Counted from the first letter of the stretch, positions 23,972 to 49,220 are shown. The stretch: 64,000 nucleotides of DNA from Eledone cirrhosa (GCA_964016885.1 OZ024753.1:13020001-13084000); one strand, 5' to 3'. Translations and numbers: made by a program. The notes: generated by a model not told the origin, from the sequence alone.

Positions 23972-26621
23972 CATACATACATACATACATACATACATAC
24001 ATACATACATACATGATGATGGCTGCCCCCTCCTTATCGAGTATGGCCATTGCACGATATACCATTATTAATAATAATTAATTAATTCTATCGTGCAATG
24101 CCTGTGAGTGAAGATATGTTTTAAAGTGAGGAAAAAACTGTGCACTGAGCCAATCCCACTCTCTGAGCGACTAGCTATAACCCGAAAAGAATAAAAGTTC
24201 AACATCATCGGTAACTACTGAGCCGCAGATTATATATCGGAGTTATCCCAGTTTCCTGAGTTGCCTTATCCTGGAAGAATGCCCTGACAAAAGCTAGGAG
24301 TCCTTCACTCCCAGTGGTTTAACCGCGCGATCGGGTGTCGAGTCCGACAATTGCTATGTCCTCACGCATATACATACATATGTACATGTGTATATACATA
24401 TTTACACACTTTGGGATGGCCGTTGGCCCTTATGAGTTCTTCCGCCCTTTGTCAAGTGGTGTTTGTTGTCCTGCATGGTGTCCAAAATCAACTTCCTCAC
24501 CTAGTAAACTTGGTGGGGTTGCCGGTTTAGTCGACCACGACCCGACCATGAGACAGGTTGCACTGGGATACATGTTACCAGTAGCACCAACTGGTGACAT
24601 ACATACATACATACATACATACATACATACATACATACATACATACATACATACATACATACATACATACATACATACATACATACATTGTCACTGCAAA
24701 CTCTGCTAAGTGTATTGCAATTGCTTGTCAGAATACAGATAATGGTGCAGCTTTCGGCTACGGCTGAGCACACGAACCTGTAACATATCCTGAACAAGCA
24801 ATGCCTGTGCTTTGAAGGTTTTTTAAGTGGTGAAAGGCCTTCCTCTCGATCAATCCCACTCTCTGAACATCGAAAATACTACACGAAAAGGAGAACTGGT
24901 CAACATCATCGGATGCTTCCGAAGCCGCAGGTATTTTTGTTTTGTTTTGTTTTTTTGCAGAGTTTCCCTCTCCTAGAAAGGTGTTGTGACAACAACCGGG
25001 AGCCTTTCACTCCCAGATGAAAAAGAAAAGTACTATTTGGATGGCCATTGACTCTACTAACATGGCTCAGGTGACTCTCGAGGGCTACTGGTAACATGTA
25101 ACACAGTAGAACCTATCTCATGGTCGGTCGTCGGCGACTAAACCGGCGACCCCACCAAGCTTGCTTGGTGAGGAAGATGATATTTGGACACACTGCGGTT
25201 TGAAATACATACATACATGATGGCTGCCCCCTCGATACCGTGTATGACCATTGCACGATATGACATTATTAATAGTTATTTAATTCTATCGTGCAATGCG
25301 TGGGCGTGAAGATTTATTTTAAAAGTGAGGAAAGACTGTGCACTGAGCCAATCCCACTCTCTGAGCGACAGAAGTAATAACCCGAAAAGAAGAAAAGATC
25401 AATATCATCGGTAACTACTGAGCCGCAGGTTTTATATCGGAGTTATCCCAGTCTCCTCATTTGCCTTCTCTTAGAAGAATGCCCTGACAAAGGCTAGGGG
25501 TCCCTCACTCCCAGTGGATTAACCGCGCGATCGGGTTTCCAGCCCGGTTGTTTATATGTCCACGCCTATATTCATACACATGCATACATGTATATACACA
25601 TATACATATATATATAAACATATACATATACATACATACATACATACATGCATGCTTGAAGATGGCTGCCCCCTCGTTATCGAGTATGGCCATTGCATGA
25701 TGTAACATTATTATTAATTATCAATTAATAATAATCAATTAATAATTAATTCTATCGTGCAATGCGTGTGCGTGAAGATTTATTTTAAACGTGAGGAAAG
25801 CCTGTGCACTGAGCCAATCCCACTCTTTGAGCAACAGTAGCTATAACCCGAAAAGAAAAGATCAACATCATTGCTAACTACATACATGATGGCTGCAAAC
25901 TCACGCTAAGAGTATTGCAATCGCTTGTCTGGTTCACATTTGTGAAGCTTAGAATTGGCTTTTCAAGCTTGCTAGAGACTTATACTCCATGGTACATTGA
26001 GACAACTACATACATGACAGATGCAATCTCTGCTAAAAGTCTTACAATCGCTTGTCAGATTACAGAGTTTCGTCCACTTTTAGACTACGGCCAGCCATAA
26101 GGAACCTGCAACATATCCTGAACAATCCCATTCTCTCGACCAATTGCACTCGAACAATTGCACTCGAACAATTGCACTCGAACAATTGCACTCGACCAAT
26201 CCCATTCTCTGACCCACACCTAGAAAGGTGTTGTGACAACAAATGGGAACATTTCAATACCAGGTAAAACAATTTTAAAAAGTTACTATTTCGATGTCCG
26301 TTGACTCTGCTGGGTTCCTCCGACCTACATAAGACATCCATACAGCTACGATTTATTAGTCAGAAATTGCCATTGACACTATTGATATATTTATATAACA
26401 GTTTCTACTATTGGCACAAGGCCAGCAATTACCCCAGTACATTACTGGTACTTTATTTTATCGAGCCCGCGGGATTTGAACTCACACCATAAAGGGGCGT
26501 AACTCTATGCTGCAAAGCATGGCCTCCGACCTTTTACTGATACTGCCAATCCCCCGATAATTGATAATTGATATATCTATATAATACACTGTATCGGGTG
26601 TCATATACGAAAGAAACAAGG

Positions 26622-26677
<56 letters not shown>

Positions 26678-26969
26678 GTGACTGTGAGTGTGAGTGTGTG
26701 GGTGTATGTGTGTGTGTGTGTGTGTGAGGGTGACTGTGAGTGTGAGTGTGTGGGTGTATGTGTGTGTGTGTGTGTGTGAATGTGACAGTGAGTGTGAGTG
26801 TGAGTGTATGTGCGTTTACTGTTTTCCAGTTCTTTCAAGTGTTAAGCAAACCTGTTTCACTCATGTAATGTGCCCTTTGTTTTATTACTTTTAAATATAT
26901 ATATATATATATTAGTATGTATATATATATATATATAAATACATATATATATATATATATATATATTAG

Positions 26970-27149
<180 letters not shown>

Positions 27150-27293
27150 TATGTATATATATTTAAGTATGTACTTATATTTAAGTAACAACCGTACTAA
27201 GAGTGAGAAATGAAATTTCGTTTCATTTTTCCGTTGATATATTTATATATATATTAGTATGTATATATATATATATATATATATATAAATTAG

Positions 27294-27366
<73 letters not shown>

Positions 27367-27413
27367 TAGTATGTGTATAAATATATATATATATATATTA
27401 GTATGTATATATT

Positions 27414-27475
<62 letters not shown>

Positions 27476-27789
27476 CGGAAAAAATTAAACGATATTTCAT
27501 TTCCCACTCTTAGTACGGCTGTTACTTATATATAAGTATGTACACGTACATACATATATGTATACCGACGTACAGTAGTATGTATATATATATATACATA
27601 CATGCACACATATATATATGCACGTATGGATTCATGTATATATATGTATGCATATATATATATGTATGCATATATATATGTATGCATATATATATATGTA
27701 TGCATATATATATATGTGTGCATGTATGTATATATATATATATACATACTACTGTACGCGGTATACATATATGTATGTACGTGTACATA

Positions 27790-27833
<44 letters not shown>

Positions 27834-27934
27834 TATGTATATATATATATAAGCATGTATATATATATTTATTAGTATGTATATATATATCAGTATCTAT
27901 ATATATATATATATATTAGTATATATATATATAT

Positions 27935-32198
<4,264 letters not shown>

Positions 32199-32805
32199 AT
32201 ATATACATATATATACATATATATACATATATATAGATATATATATATATGTATATATGTGTATGTATATATATATAATAAGGGTTGACGGACACAGCAT
32301 ATTTATCAACGCCAGTACCGGTTGTATGTGAGGGCACTCAATGGGCAATGTAAGATACATTACCAGAGTATACACATAGTTATTTGCCTCAACACAACAC
32401 ACGGGTGCCTATCAGGTTCCTGGACTCGAGTTTCTGTAGCACTAATGCAGTAGTAAGGTGCACTGCACCAGCTGCCTGCATATATTATGCAACAATGCAC
32501 AATCAGCTTATGCTGCTTCATCAGCGGGTAACGCCTAATCAATAACCAATCGATCGACATAATCCAAATAATATTCATTTAGATGATACACACAGTGATA
32601 TGAAGAAAAGCTTTGATGTATATATAAATATACATACATCAAAGCTTTTCTCCATATCACTTGTTCTATCATCTGAATGAATATTATTTGATTACCTAGC
32701 AACGATTACACAGCTTATCAGGACTTTATCTAGCTTGTCAGCTTTAGCTTCTCGAACGACTAGCAAACACTTAAAGAAATACAGCTCGTCTCTCTGATTT
32801 TCGAA

Positions 32806-33795
32806 ATGCATCAGATTACAAGTATTGAAGAAGGCCAACACAGTGAAAGCTTGAAAATAAAAGACACGATATTTTTCAAGTTCCTGAAATATTATTTAGA
32901 ACATAATTATATGAGATTAAGTGAAATAATATCTTTACTGAAATCACACACGTTCAAAGCATTGGGTTTGCTAGCTATTTATATTGTGGTCTTTATATAT
33001 TTGATTCTAAACCCTATTTGTCTCATTGTTAAATTAACAACATTAAAAGGTATACCTGCTGCCAACATGTTTATGTATGTCTACATTACATTTTGCTGGT
33101 GTCTAATTTCTGTCCTATGTTTAATGAAATATTTCAAAGAACCGCATTTCAAGGACATAATTGAAATATTCTCCAAAATTGAAATTGAAGAGAAAGATGG
33201 AAAACTGTACAGTTTCATATATTCATATAAGTCATTTTGTATATTTGTAGCTATGTATACTATTTCTGTCATAATTACAGAGCTCATAATACCTATTTTT
33301 ACTGAAGACAGGGATCTGTTGGATTTTCTAGTATTTCAAATGACGATGGATTATAAGTACCTCATAGTAATTTTAAGATGTACACTACAAATACTTTCCA
33401 CTGTACCGCTGATGATTGATGTGTATATAAGCATTATACTTCAGCATAATGTTACTCATGAGTTTAACAAACTGGCCAAGGAGGCTGAAGGGTACGTAAA
33501 GGTAATGCAATCCCCCAATTCGGATGCTATCAAGATACATGAAGAGATTAAAGAAATATGCAACAGACATGACAAACTGAGTTCATCACTGAGATTATTA
33601 AATGATTATTTTCAGTATATTTTAGGATGTCTCGTATTTGGTAGTATTCTTAGTTGTTGTCTTACAACTTACGGAATAATAAATAACTTATTTCAAAATC
33701 ATATGGATTCATACATTTATGTATTAATTATGGCGTTCATCCTCCTGTCTTACTGGATTATACTAGTTTTGTTGGGTCTCCGTTTACATATATCG
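32806..33795 (+). CDS. GR-like coding exon, copy 3
   Basis: Same length and donor; closest to copy 2. Confidence 0.75.
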
Positions 33796-34539
33796 GTAAG
33801 TCTATATATAAATTTCTGTGATTCTGTCACAACACGTAAAGAGAGAGGAGTATTTGATTACCTCATACTACTCCTCTCTGTTTATGTCTGCTGACTGCGT
33901 GAATGTATGTGTGTGTAAAAGGAAGGCAGGAGGTGGTGAAAAACTATAGTGGTTGGCGTTCAACTTGTTATGCTGCACATGCGTGTATGTTTGTGTGAAT
34001 GTAAGTGTGTGTGTTTATGTGGATGTATATCTAGATGTGCGTGTGTGTATGTGTTTGTGTGAATGTATGTGTTTGTGTTTATCTGAATGTATATCTAGAT
34101 GTGCGTGTGTGTATGTGTTTGTTTGAATGTGTGTTTGTGTGAATGTATGTATGTGTTTTCATGAGTGTATGTGTGTGTTTGTGTTAATGAATGTCTAAAT
34201 ACGTATTTTTTTAAGTGTGTCCATGTTTGCACGTTTATATTAATATACTCTTACATATAAATGTATGTATATGCATATACACACATGCGCGTCAGCGTGT
34301 TGAATAATTTTGTATAATATCTATACATTAAGCATTCTGTCAATACCCAATTTTATACACAAGTGTATTTGTATGAGACACAGTTTTCTGTAGTTTATCC
34401 TCACCCCTTCCTTACTCAGTCATATCTAGTGCCTGACGTCATCAGACTTCCTTCCTCAGTCATATCTAGTGCGTTACGTAATCAACCCTTCCTTCCTCAA
34501 TCATCTCTAGTACGTAACTTCATCAGCCCTTCCTCACCT

Positions 34540-35499
34540 CAACCGGTCTGATATTGTTGTTTGACCACACATTGAAAACGTGCTCTGTTGTAGAGATCAG
34601 CTAGGCACTTGATGTCAACGTCGTAAGAAAAATACAACAGAAGGAGGACATCTACGGACCATTGATGAAGAGTTTGCAGATCAAGTATCCAAGATACACT
34701 TTCAGTTTCATACCCATCATCATTGGAGCTACAGGTTATATACCAGCCCGTTTGGACCAAAGTTCTAGCTGAACCTAGATTTGAGGATAAAGAACGCACA
34801 TCCCTACTTCATAGACTACAAATGGCTGCGATAGCTGGCACCTTCAAAATCTGCAAAACATTCTTGCGATTCAAGGGATGACAATTTCTTTTCTTTTCTT
34901 ACAACCTTGCCACCAGGAAGTTGGCCGGTCAAAAGTGTACTCGAAATTAGGAGAAAGAGAAACATACATACATACCTATCGAATAATACATACATATGTA
35001 CATACATACATACATACATACATACATACATAACAGGAGAAGGAGGACATCTACGGACCATTGATGAGGAGTTTACAAATCCAGTATCCAAGATGCATCT
35101 TTAGCTTCATACCCATCATTATTGGAGCTACGGGTTATATACCAACCCGCTTGGACCAAAGTATGACTGAACTTGGATATGCGGACAAAAAGCGCAGCTC
35201 CCTAATTCATAGTCTTCAAATGGCTGCGATAGCTGGCACCTTCAAAATTTGCAAAACATTCTTGCGATTCAAGGGATGACAATTTCTTTTCTTTTACAAC
35301 CTTGTCGCCAGGAAGGTGGCCGGTCAAAAAAAATATACTCGAAATTAAGAGAAAAAGATAACACACATACATACATACCTATCCAATAATACATACATAT
35401 ATACATACGTACATACATACATACCTATCCAATAATACGTACATATGTACATACGTACATACATACATACATACATACATACATACATACATACATACA

Positions 35500-35532
<33 letters not shown>

Positions 35533-36255
35533 CTACCAAATATCTGCTGTACTACCATATATCTGCTGCACAAAAGGGGAGGGCCATCAGCTAACAATAA
35601 ATGTAGGCTATGATAAACAAAGATCGAGGATTTAGGACACATTGTTGCCAGCTGCGAAAGAATGTCATCTCGCTACTACCTCCCCATGAGACACAATGGG
35701 ATAGCTAGAACCATCTGGAACGCACTTCGGAAAACAAAATTAACAACAACCGAGGAAGAATATATTGAGACAGTTGGCTCTAAGGAATACTGGTGGAACC
35801 TGAAAATAAAAACTGCCACCAAATTAAAGCACAACCGGCCTGATATTGTTGTTTGGGACCACACATTGAAAACGTGTTCTGTTGTGGAGATCAGCTGCTC
35901 ACTTGATGTAAACGTTGTCAGAAAAATACACGAGAAGGGGGACATCTACGTACCATTGATGAGGAGTTTACAAATCCAGTATCCAAGATACACCTTTAGC
36001 TTCATACCCATCATTATTGAAGCTATGGGTTATATACCAACCCACTTGGACCAAAGTATGACTGAACTTGGATTTGCGGACAAAGAGCGCAGCTCCCTAA
36101 TTCATAGTCTACAAATGGCTGCGATAGCTGGCACCTTCAAAATTTGCAAAACATTCTTGCGATTCAAGGGATGACAATTTCTTTTCTTTTACAACCTTGC
36201 CACCAGGATGTTGGCCTGTCAAAAAATATACTCGAAATTAAGAGAAAGAGATAAC
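34540..36255 (+). mobile_element. Duplicate of the three stacked family A fragments
   Basis: Near-identical to 20217-21968. Confidence 0.9.
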
Positions 36256-36276
36256 ATACATACATACATACATACA

Positions 36277-36307
<31 letters not shown>

Positions 36308-38039
36308 TAATAGTTACACACATACATATGTACACATACTCATACAATTCGAAACATTCACATCCACACATACAATAACATCCATACCTCCACACACATA
36401 CATGCAGACAAGCATACATATCTAGCTAGTTGATGTTGGGTAAATTCCAATGGGAGAGTCCTGTATCTATGTTAGAAACAAACTCTCTCTCTAATGGTAA
36501 AAATTTATAAAATTATAATATCAGAAGTGCATACATAAATACATGCATACATACATGCATGCATACATTCATGCATGCATACATGCATGCATACATACAT
36601 GCATACATACATATATGTATACATACATACTTGCTCGCATGCATGCATACATATATACATACATACGAAATACCTGATTCACAAAAGAGATAGGGATGCC
36701 GGCAAAACACCTAGATGTGACAAGTGCAGACTCTGCAGAATTAACATCGAAGATGACACCCATGTCAGAAGCAGCTCCCCAAAGATGTCATCGCGGTACT
36801 ATCTACCTATTTGGCATGATGTAGTGGCCAAAACACTGTACAATGCAATCTGTAGAAAAGATAGCCCCGATAATAAACACATTAAAAGCTACAGCAATAT
36901 GGAGGACATAATATGAAAGGGTACCGGTAGAATGTTCCAGTAAAAACCCCAATAAAATGCAGGCATAACAGACCAGATATAATTATATGGGACAGGTGGA
37001 AGAAGGCATGCACAGTAGTGGAAGTTAGCTACACAGCAGATGCCAATACAATATCAAACATTAGCGAAAAGTGATTATTGGGGAAGTGGAATATGTTGGT
37101 AACTGCCTCAATAAAAGTCTTGAGAAGCTGGGCTCAGAAAGAACACAACTAGTTAGGAATTTACAAGTACAATCCATTAATGGAACATTAGAATTATGTA
37201 AAACATTCCAAAATTCTGCATCTAATAACCGCATATACAGATAAAAAGCATATGCATATGCACACATACAACTCAAACATGCACATCCACAAGTACGATA
37301 ACATGTATACCTGCACACATATATGCAGCCATGCATACATATCTACCTAGTTGATGTTGTGTAAATTCCAATGAGAGCGTCTTGTGTCTATGTTAGAAAC
37401 CGACTCTCCCTCTCTATCGGCAATTGGAAATTATAAAACCAGAAGAACATACATACATACATGGTGGCTGCCAACTCGTTTTCGAGTACGGCCACTACTT
37501 TATATCCATGTAGGAGAACCCCTACCGATGCGCTGAACGAGTGTGACTTTTTAGTCCAGCCAGCGACTTGAAAACTCTGGTACAAACACTACACTTGTGA
37601 CAATTACTGACACATAGTGCTGGGCCCATGGTACCATGTGACGACAAGTGCAGAGAGATCTCCAGATATAAAGCAATGCCTGTGCCGTGAAGCTTTTATA
37701 GTGAGCAAAGGCACTGCACAAAGCCAGTCCCACTCTCTTAACCAAGATGATATTTACCAAAAAGAAGAACAAGTCAACATCATTGGATACCATCAGGGTT
37801 GCAGGTGTTATATCAGAGTTTTCCTTCTCCTAGAATTCTGCCTTGACAAAGGCTAAGGGGTCATCTCTCTCGGTGATTTTGGATGGCCATGACAGGTTTT
37901 ATTTTTAGTCCTGCAGGATGTCCAAAGTCACCCTCCTCACCAAGACACCTTGGTGGGTTTGCCAGTTTAGTCGCCAATGACCCGACCATGGGACAGGTTC
38001 CACTGGGATACATGTTACCAGTAACACCAACTGGTGACC

Positions 38040-38070
<31 letters not shown>

Positions 38071-40690
38071 CATACATACATACATGATGATGGCTGCCCC
38101 CTCCTTATCGAGTATGGCCATTGCACGATATACCATTATTAATAATAATTAATTAATTCTATCGTGCAATGCCTGTGAGTGAAGATATTTTTTAAAGTGA
38201 GGAAAAAACTGTGCACTGAGCCAATCCCACTCTCTGAGCAACTAGCTATAACCCGAAAAGAATAAAAGTTCAACATCATCGGTAACTACTGAGCCGCAGA
38301 TTATATATCGGAGTTATCCCAGTTTCCTGAGTTGCCTTATCCTGGAAGAATGCCCTGACAAAAGCTAGGAGTCCTTCACTCCCAGTGGTTTAACCGCGCG
38401 ATCGGGTGTCGAGTCCGACAATTGCTATGTCCTCACGCATATACATACATATGTACATGTGTATATACATATTTACACACTTTGGGATGGCCGTTGGCCC
38501 TTATGAGTTCTTCCGCCCTTTGTCAGGTGGTGTTTGTTGTCCTGCAGGGTGTCCAAAATCAACTTCCTCACCTAGTAAACTTGGTGGGGTTGCCGGTTTA
38601 GTCGACCACGACCCGACCATGAGACAGGTTGTACTGTGATACATGTTACCAGTAGCACCAACTGGTGACATACATACATACATACATACATACATACATA
38701 CATACATACATACATACATACATACATACATACATACATACATACATACATACATACATACATTGTCACTGCAAACTCTGCTAAGTGTATTGCAATCGCT
38801 TGTCAGAATACAGATAATGGTGCAGCTTTCGGCTACGGCTGAGCACACGAACCTGTAACATATCCTGAACAAGCAATGCCTGTGCTTTGAAGGTTTTTTA
38901 AGTGGTGAAAGGCCTTCCTCTCGATCAATCCCACTCTCTGAACATCGAAAACACTACACGAAAAGGAGAACTGGTCAACATCATCGGATGCTTCCGAAGC
39001 CGCAGGTATTTTTGTTTTGTTTTGTTTTTTTGCAGAGTTTCCCTCTCCTAGAAAGGTGTTGTGACAACAACCGGGAGCCTTTCACTCCCAGATGAAAAAG
39101 AAAAGTACTATTTGGATGGCCATTGACTCTACTAACATGGCTCAGGTGACTCTCAAGGGCTACTGGTAACATGTAACACAGTAGAACCTATCTCATGGTC
39201 GGTCGTCGGCGACTAAACCGGCGACCCCACCAAGCTTGCTTGGTGAGGAAGATGATATTTGGACACACTGCGGTTTGAAATACATACATACTTGATGGCT
39301 GCCTCCTCGATACCGTGTATGGCCATTGCACGATGTGACATTATTAATAGTTATTTAATTCTATCGTGCAATGCGTGGGCGTGAAGATTTATTTTAAAAG
39401 TGAGGAAAGACTGTGCACTGAGCGAATCCCACTCTCTGAGCGACAGAAGTAATAACCCGAAAAGAAGAAAAGATCAATATCATCGGTAACTACTGAGCCG
39501 CAGGTTTTATATCGGAGTTATCCCAGTCTCCTCATTTGCCTTCTCTTAGAAGAATGCCCTGACAAAGGCTAGGGGTCCCTCACTCCCAGTGGATTAACCG
39601 CGCGATCGGGTTTCCAGCCCGGTTGTTTCTATGTCCACGCCTATATTCATACACATGCATACATGTATATACACATATACATATATATATATACACATAT
39701 ACATATACATACATACATACATGCTTGAAGATGGCTGCCCCCTCGTTATCGAGTATGGCCATTGCATGATGTAACATTATTATTAATTATCAATTAATAA
39801 TAATCAATTAATAATTAATTCTATCGTGCAATGCGTGTGCGTGAAGATTTATTTTAAACGTGAGGAAAGCCTGTGCACTGAGCCAATCCCACTCTTTGAG
39901 CAACAGTAGCTATAACCCGAAAAGAAAAGATCAACATCATTGCTAACTACATACATGATGGCTGCAAACTCACGCTAAGAGTATTGCAATCGCTTGTCTG
40001 GTTCACATTTGTGAAGCTTAGAATTGGCTTTTCAAGCTTGCTAGAGACTTATACTCCATGGTACATTGAGACAACTACATACATGACAGATGCAATCTCT
40101 GCTAAAAGTCTTACAATCGCTTGTCAGATTACAGAGTTTGGTCCACTTTTAGACTACGGCCAGCCATAAGGAACCTGCAACATATCCTGAACAATCCCAT
40201 TCTCTCGACCAATTGCACTCGAACAATTGCACTCGAACAATTGCACTCGAACAATTGCACTCGACCAATCCCATTCTCTGACCCACACCTAGAAAGGTGT
40301 TGTGACAACAAATGGGAACATTTCAATACCAGGTAAAACAATTTTAAAAAGTTACTATTTCGATGTCCGTTGACTCTGCTGGGTTCCTCCGACCTACATA
40401 AGACATCCATACAGCTACGATTTATTAGTCAGAAATTGCCATTGACACTATTGATATATCTATATAACAGTTTCTACTATTGGCACAAGGCCAGCAATTA
40501 CCCCAGTACATTACTGGTACTTTATTTTATCGAGCCCGCGGGATTTGAAATCACACCACAAAGGGGCGTAACTCTATGCTGCAAAGCATGGCCTCCGACC
40601 TTTTACTGATACTGCCAATCCCCCGATAATTGATAATTGATATATCTATATAATACACTGTATCGGGTGTCATATACGAAAGAAACAAGG

Positions 40691-40749
<59 letters not shown>

Positions 40750-40952
40750 TGTGAGGGTGACTGTGAGTGTGAGTGTGTGGGTGTATGTGTGTGTGTGTGT
40801 GTGTGAGTGTGACAGTGAGTGTGAGTGTGAGTGTATGTGCGTTTACTGTTTTCCAGTTCTTTCAAGTGTTAAGCAAACCTGTTTCACTCATGTAATGTGC
40901 CCTTTGTTTTATTACTTTTAAATATATATATATATATATTAGTATGTATATA

Positions 40953-40993
<41 letters not shown>

Positions 40994-41000
40994 TAGTATG

Positions 41001-41127
<127 letters not shown>

Positions 41128-41256
41128 ATATATATATATATATATAAGTATGTATATATATTTAAGTATGTACTTATATTTAAGTAACAACCGTACTAAG
41201 AGTGAGAAATGAAATTTCGTTTCATTTTTCCGTTGATATATTTATATATATATTAG

Positions 41257-41334
<78 letters not shown>

Positions 41335-41384
41335 TATGTGTATAAGTATATATATATATATATATATATTAGTATGTATATATT

Positions 41385-41440
<56 letters not shown>

Positions 41441-41739
41441 CGGAAAAAATTAAACGATATTTCATTTCCCACTCTTAGTACGGCTGTTACTTAAATATAA
41501 GTATGTACACGTACATACATATATGTATACTGACGTACAGTAGTATGTATATATATATATACATACATGCACACATATATATATGCACGTATGGATTCAT
41601 GTATATATATGTATGCATATATATATATGTATGCATATATATATATGTATGCATATATATATATGTGTCCATGTATGTATATATATATATATACATACTA
41701 CTGTACGTCGGTATACATATATGTATGTACGTGTACATA

Positions 41740-41777
<38 letters not shown>

Positions 41778-41876
41778 TATGTATATATATATATATAAGT
41801 ATGTATATATATATTTATTAGTATGTATATATATATCAGTATCTCTATATATATATATATATTAGTATATATATAT

Positions 41877-46140
<4,264 letters not shown>

Positions 46141-46562
46141 ATATATACATATATATACATATATATACATATATATAGATATATATATATATGTATATAT
46201 GTGTATGTATATATATATATAATAAGGGTTGACGGACACAGCATATTTATCAACGCCAGTACCGGTTGTATCTGAGGGCACTCAATGGGCAATGTAAGAT
46301 ACATTACCAGAGTATACACATAGTTATTTGCCTCAACACAACACACGGGTGCCTATAAGGTTCCTGGACTCGAGTTTCTGTAGCACTAATGCAGTAGTAA
46401 GGTGCACTGCACCATCTGTCTGCATATATTATGCAACAATGCACAATCAGCTTATGCTGCTTCATCAGCGGGTAACGCCTAATCAATAACCAATCGATCG
46501 ACATAATCCAAATAATATTCATTTAGATGATACACACAGTGATATGAAGAAAAGCTTTGATG

Positions 46563-46640
<78 letters not shown>

Positions 46641-46813
46641 CATACATCAAAGCTTTTCTCCATATCGCTGGTTCTATCATCTGAATTAATATTATTTGAT
46701 TACCTAGCAACGATTACACAGCTTATCAGGACTTTATCTAGCTTGTCAGCTTTACCTTCTCGAACGACTAGCAAACTCTTAAAGAAATACAGCTCGTCTC
46801 TCTGATTTACGAA

Positions 46814-47716
46814 ATGCATCAGATTACAAGTATTGAAGAAGGCCAGGAATGATATCTTTACTGAAATCACACACGTTCAAAGCATTGGGTTTGCTAGCCA
46901 TTTATATTGTGGTCTTTATATATTTGATTCTAAACCCTATTTGCCTCATTGTTAATTTAACAACATTAAAAGGTATACCTGCTGCCAACATGTTTATGTA
47001 TGTCTACATTACATTTTGCTGGTGTATAATTTCTGTCCTATGTTTAATGAAATATTTCAAAGAACCTCATTTCAAGGACATAATTGAAATATTCTCCAAA
47101 ATTGAAATTGAAGAGAAAGATGGAAAACTGTAGTTTCATATATTCATATAAGTCACTTTGTATATTTGTAGCCATGTATACTATTTCTATCATAATTGCA
47201 GAGCTCATAATACCTATTTTTAGTAAAGACAGTGATCTGTTGGATTTTCTAGTATTTCAAATTACGATGGATTATAAGTATCTCATAGTAATTTTAAAAT
47301 TTACCCTACAAATACTTTCCACTGTACCACTGATGATTGATGTGTATATAAGCATTATACTTCAGCATAATGTTACTCATGAGTTTAACAAACTGGCCAA
47401 GGAGGCTGAAGGGTACGTAAAGGTAATGCAATCCCCCAATTCGGATGCTATCAAGAAACATGAAGAGATTAAAGAAATATGCAACAGACATGATAAACTG
47501 AGTTCATCACTGAGATTATTAAATGATACTTTGCAGTATATTGTAGGATATCTCGTATTTAGTAGTATTCTTAGTTGTTCTCTTACAACTTACGGAATAA
47601 TAAATAACTTATTACAAAATCATACGGATTCATACATTTGTGTATTACTTACGGCGTTCATCCTCCTGTCTTACTGGATTATACTAGTTTTGTTGGGCCT
47701 CCGTTTACATATATCG
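46814..47716 (+). pseudogene. GR-like coding exon, copy 4, disrupted
   Basis: 85-bp deletion after GAAGGCCA gives an early TGA, and a 2-bp deletion near 47131 gives CTG TAG. The donor is still present. Confidence 0.8.
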
Positions 47717-48397
47717 GTAAGTCTATATATAAATTTCTGTGATTCTGTCACAACACGTAAAGAGAGAGGGGTAGTTTGATTACCTCATACTACTTCTCTC
47801 TCTTTACGTCTGCTGACTGCGTGAATGTATGTGTGTGTAAAAGGAAGGCAGGAGGTGGTGAAAAACTATAGAGGTTGGCGTTCCACTTGTTATGCTGTAC
47901 ATGCGTGTATGTTTGTGTGAATATAAGTGTGTGTGTTTATGTGAATGTATATCTAGATGTGCGTGTGTGTATGTGTTTGTTTGAATGTGTGTTTGTGTGA
48001 ATGTATGTATGTGTTTTCATGAGTGTATGTGTGTGTTTGTGTGAATGAACATCTAAATGCGTATATTTTTAAGTGTGTCATTGTTTGCACGTTTATATTA
48101 ATATACTCATACATATAAATGTATGTATATGCATATACACACATGCGCGTCAGCGTGTTGAATAATTTTATATAATATCTATACATTATGCATTCTGTCA
48201 ATACCTGATTTTATACACAAGTGTATATGTATGAGACACAGTTTTCGGTAGTTTATCCTCACCCCTTCCTTACTCAGTCATATCTAGTGCCTGACGTCAT
48301 CAGACTTCCTTCCTCAGTCATATCTAGTGCGTGACGTAATCAACCCTTCCTACCTCAATCATCTGTAGTACGTAACGTCATCAGCCCTTCCTCACCT

Positions 48398-49220
48398 CAA
48401 CCGGTGTGATATTATTGTTTGACCACACATTGAAAACGCGCTCTGTTGTAGAGATCAGCTAGCCACTTGATGTCAACGTTGTAAGAAAAATACAACAGAA
48501 GGAGGACATCTACGGACCATTGATGAAGAGTTTGCAGATCCAGTATCCAAGATACACTTTCAGTTTCATACCCATCATAATTGGAGCTACAGGTTATATA
48601 CCAGCCCGTTTGGACCAAAGTTCTAGCTGAACCTAGATTTGAGGATAAAGAACGCACATCCCTACTTCATAGATTACAAATGGCTGCGATAGCTGGCACC
48701 TTCAAAATCTACAAAACATTCTTGCGATTCAAGGGATGACAATTTCTTTTCTTTTCTTACAACCTCGCCACCAGGAAGTTGGCCGGTCAAAAGTGTACTC
48801 GAAATTAGGAGAAAGAGAAATATACATACATACCTATCGAATGATACATACATATGTACATACATACATACATACATACATACATACATACATACATACA
48901 TACATACATACATACATACATAACAGGAGAAGGAGGACATCTACGGACCATTGATGAGGAGTTTACAAATACAGTATCCAAGATGCATCTTTAGCTGCAT
49001 ACCCATCATTATTGGAGCTACGGGTTATATACCAACCCGCTTGGACCAAAGTATGACTGAACTTGGATTTGCGGACAAAAAGCGCAGCTCCATAATTCAT
49101 AGTCTTCAAATGGCTGCGATAGCTGGCACCTTCAAAATTTGCAAAACATTCTTGAGATTTAAGGGATGACAAGGTGGCCGGTCAAAAAAAATATACTCGA
49201 AATTAAGAGAAAGAGATAAC
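48398..49220 (+). mobile_element. Two 5'-truncated family A fragments; counterparts at 54000-54959, 60058-60481 and 61631-62148
   Basis: Match the family A 3' end, each followed by TACA-type repeats. Confidence 0.85.
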
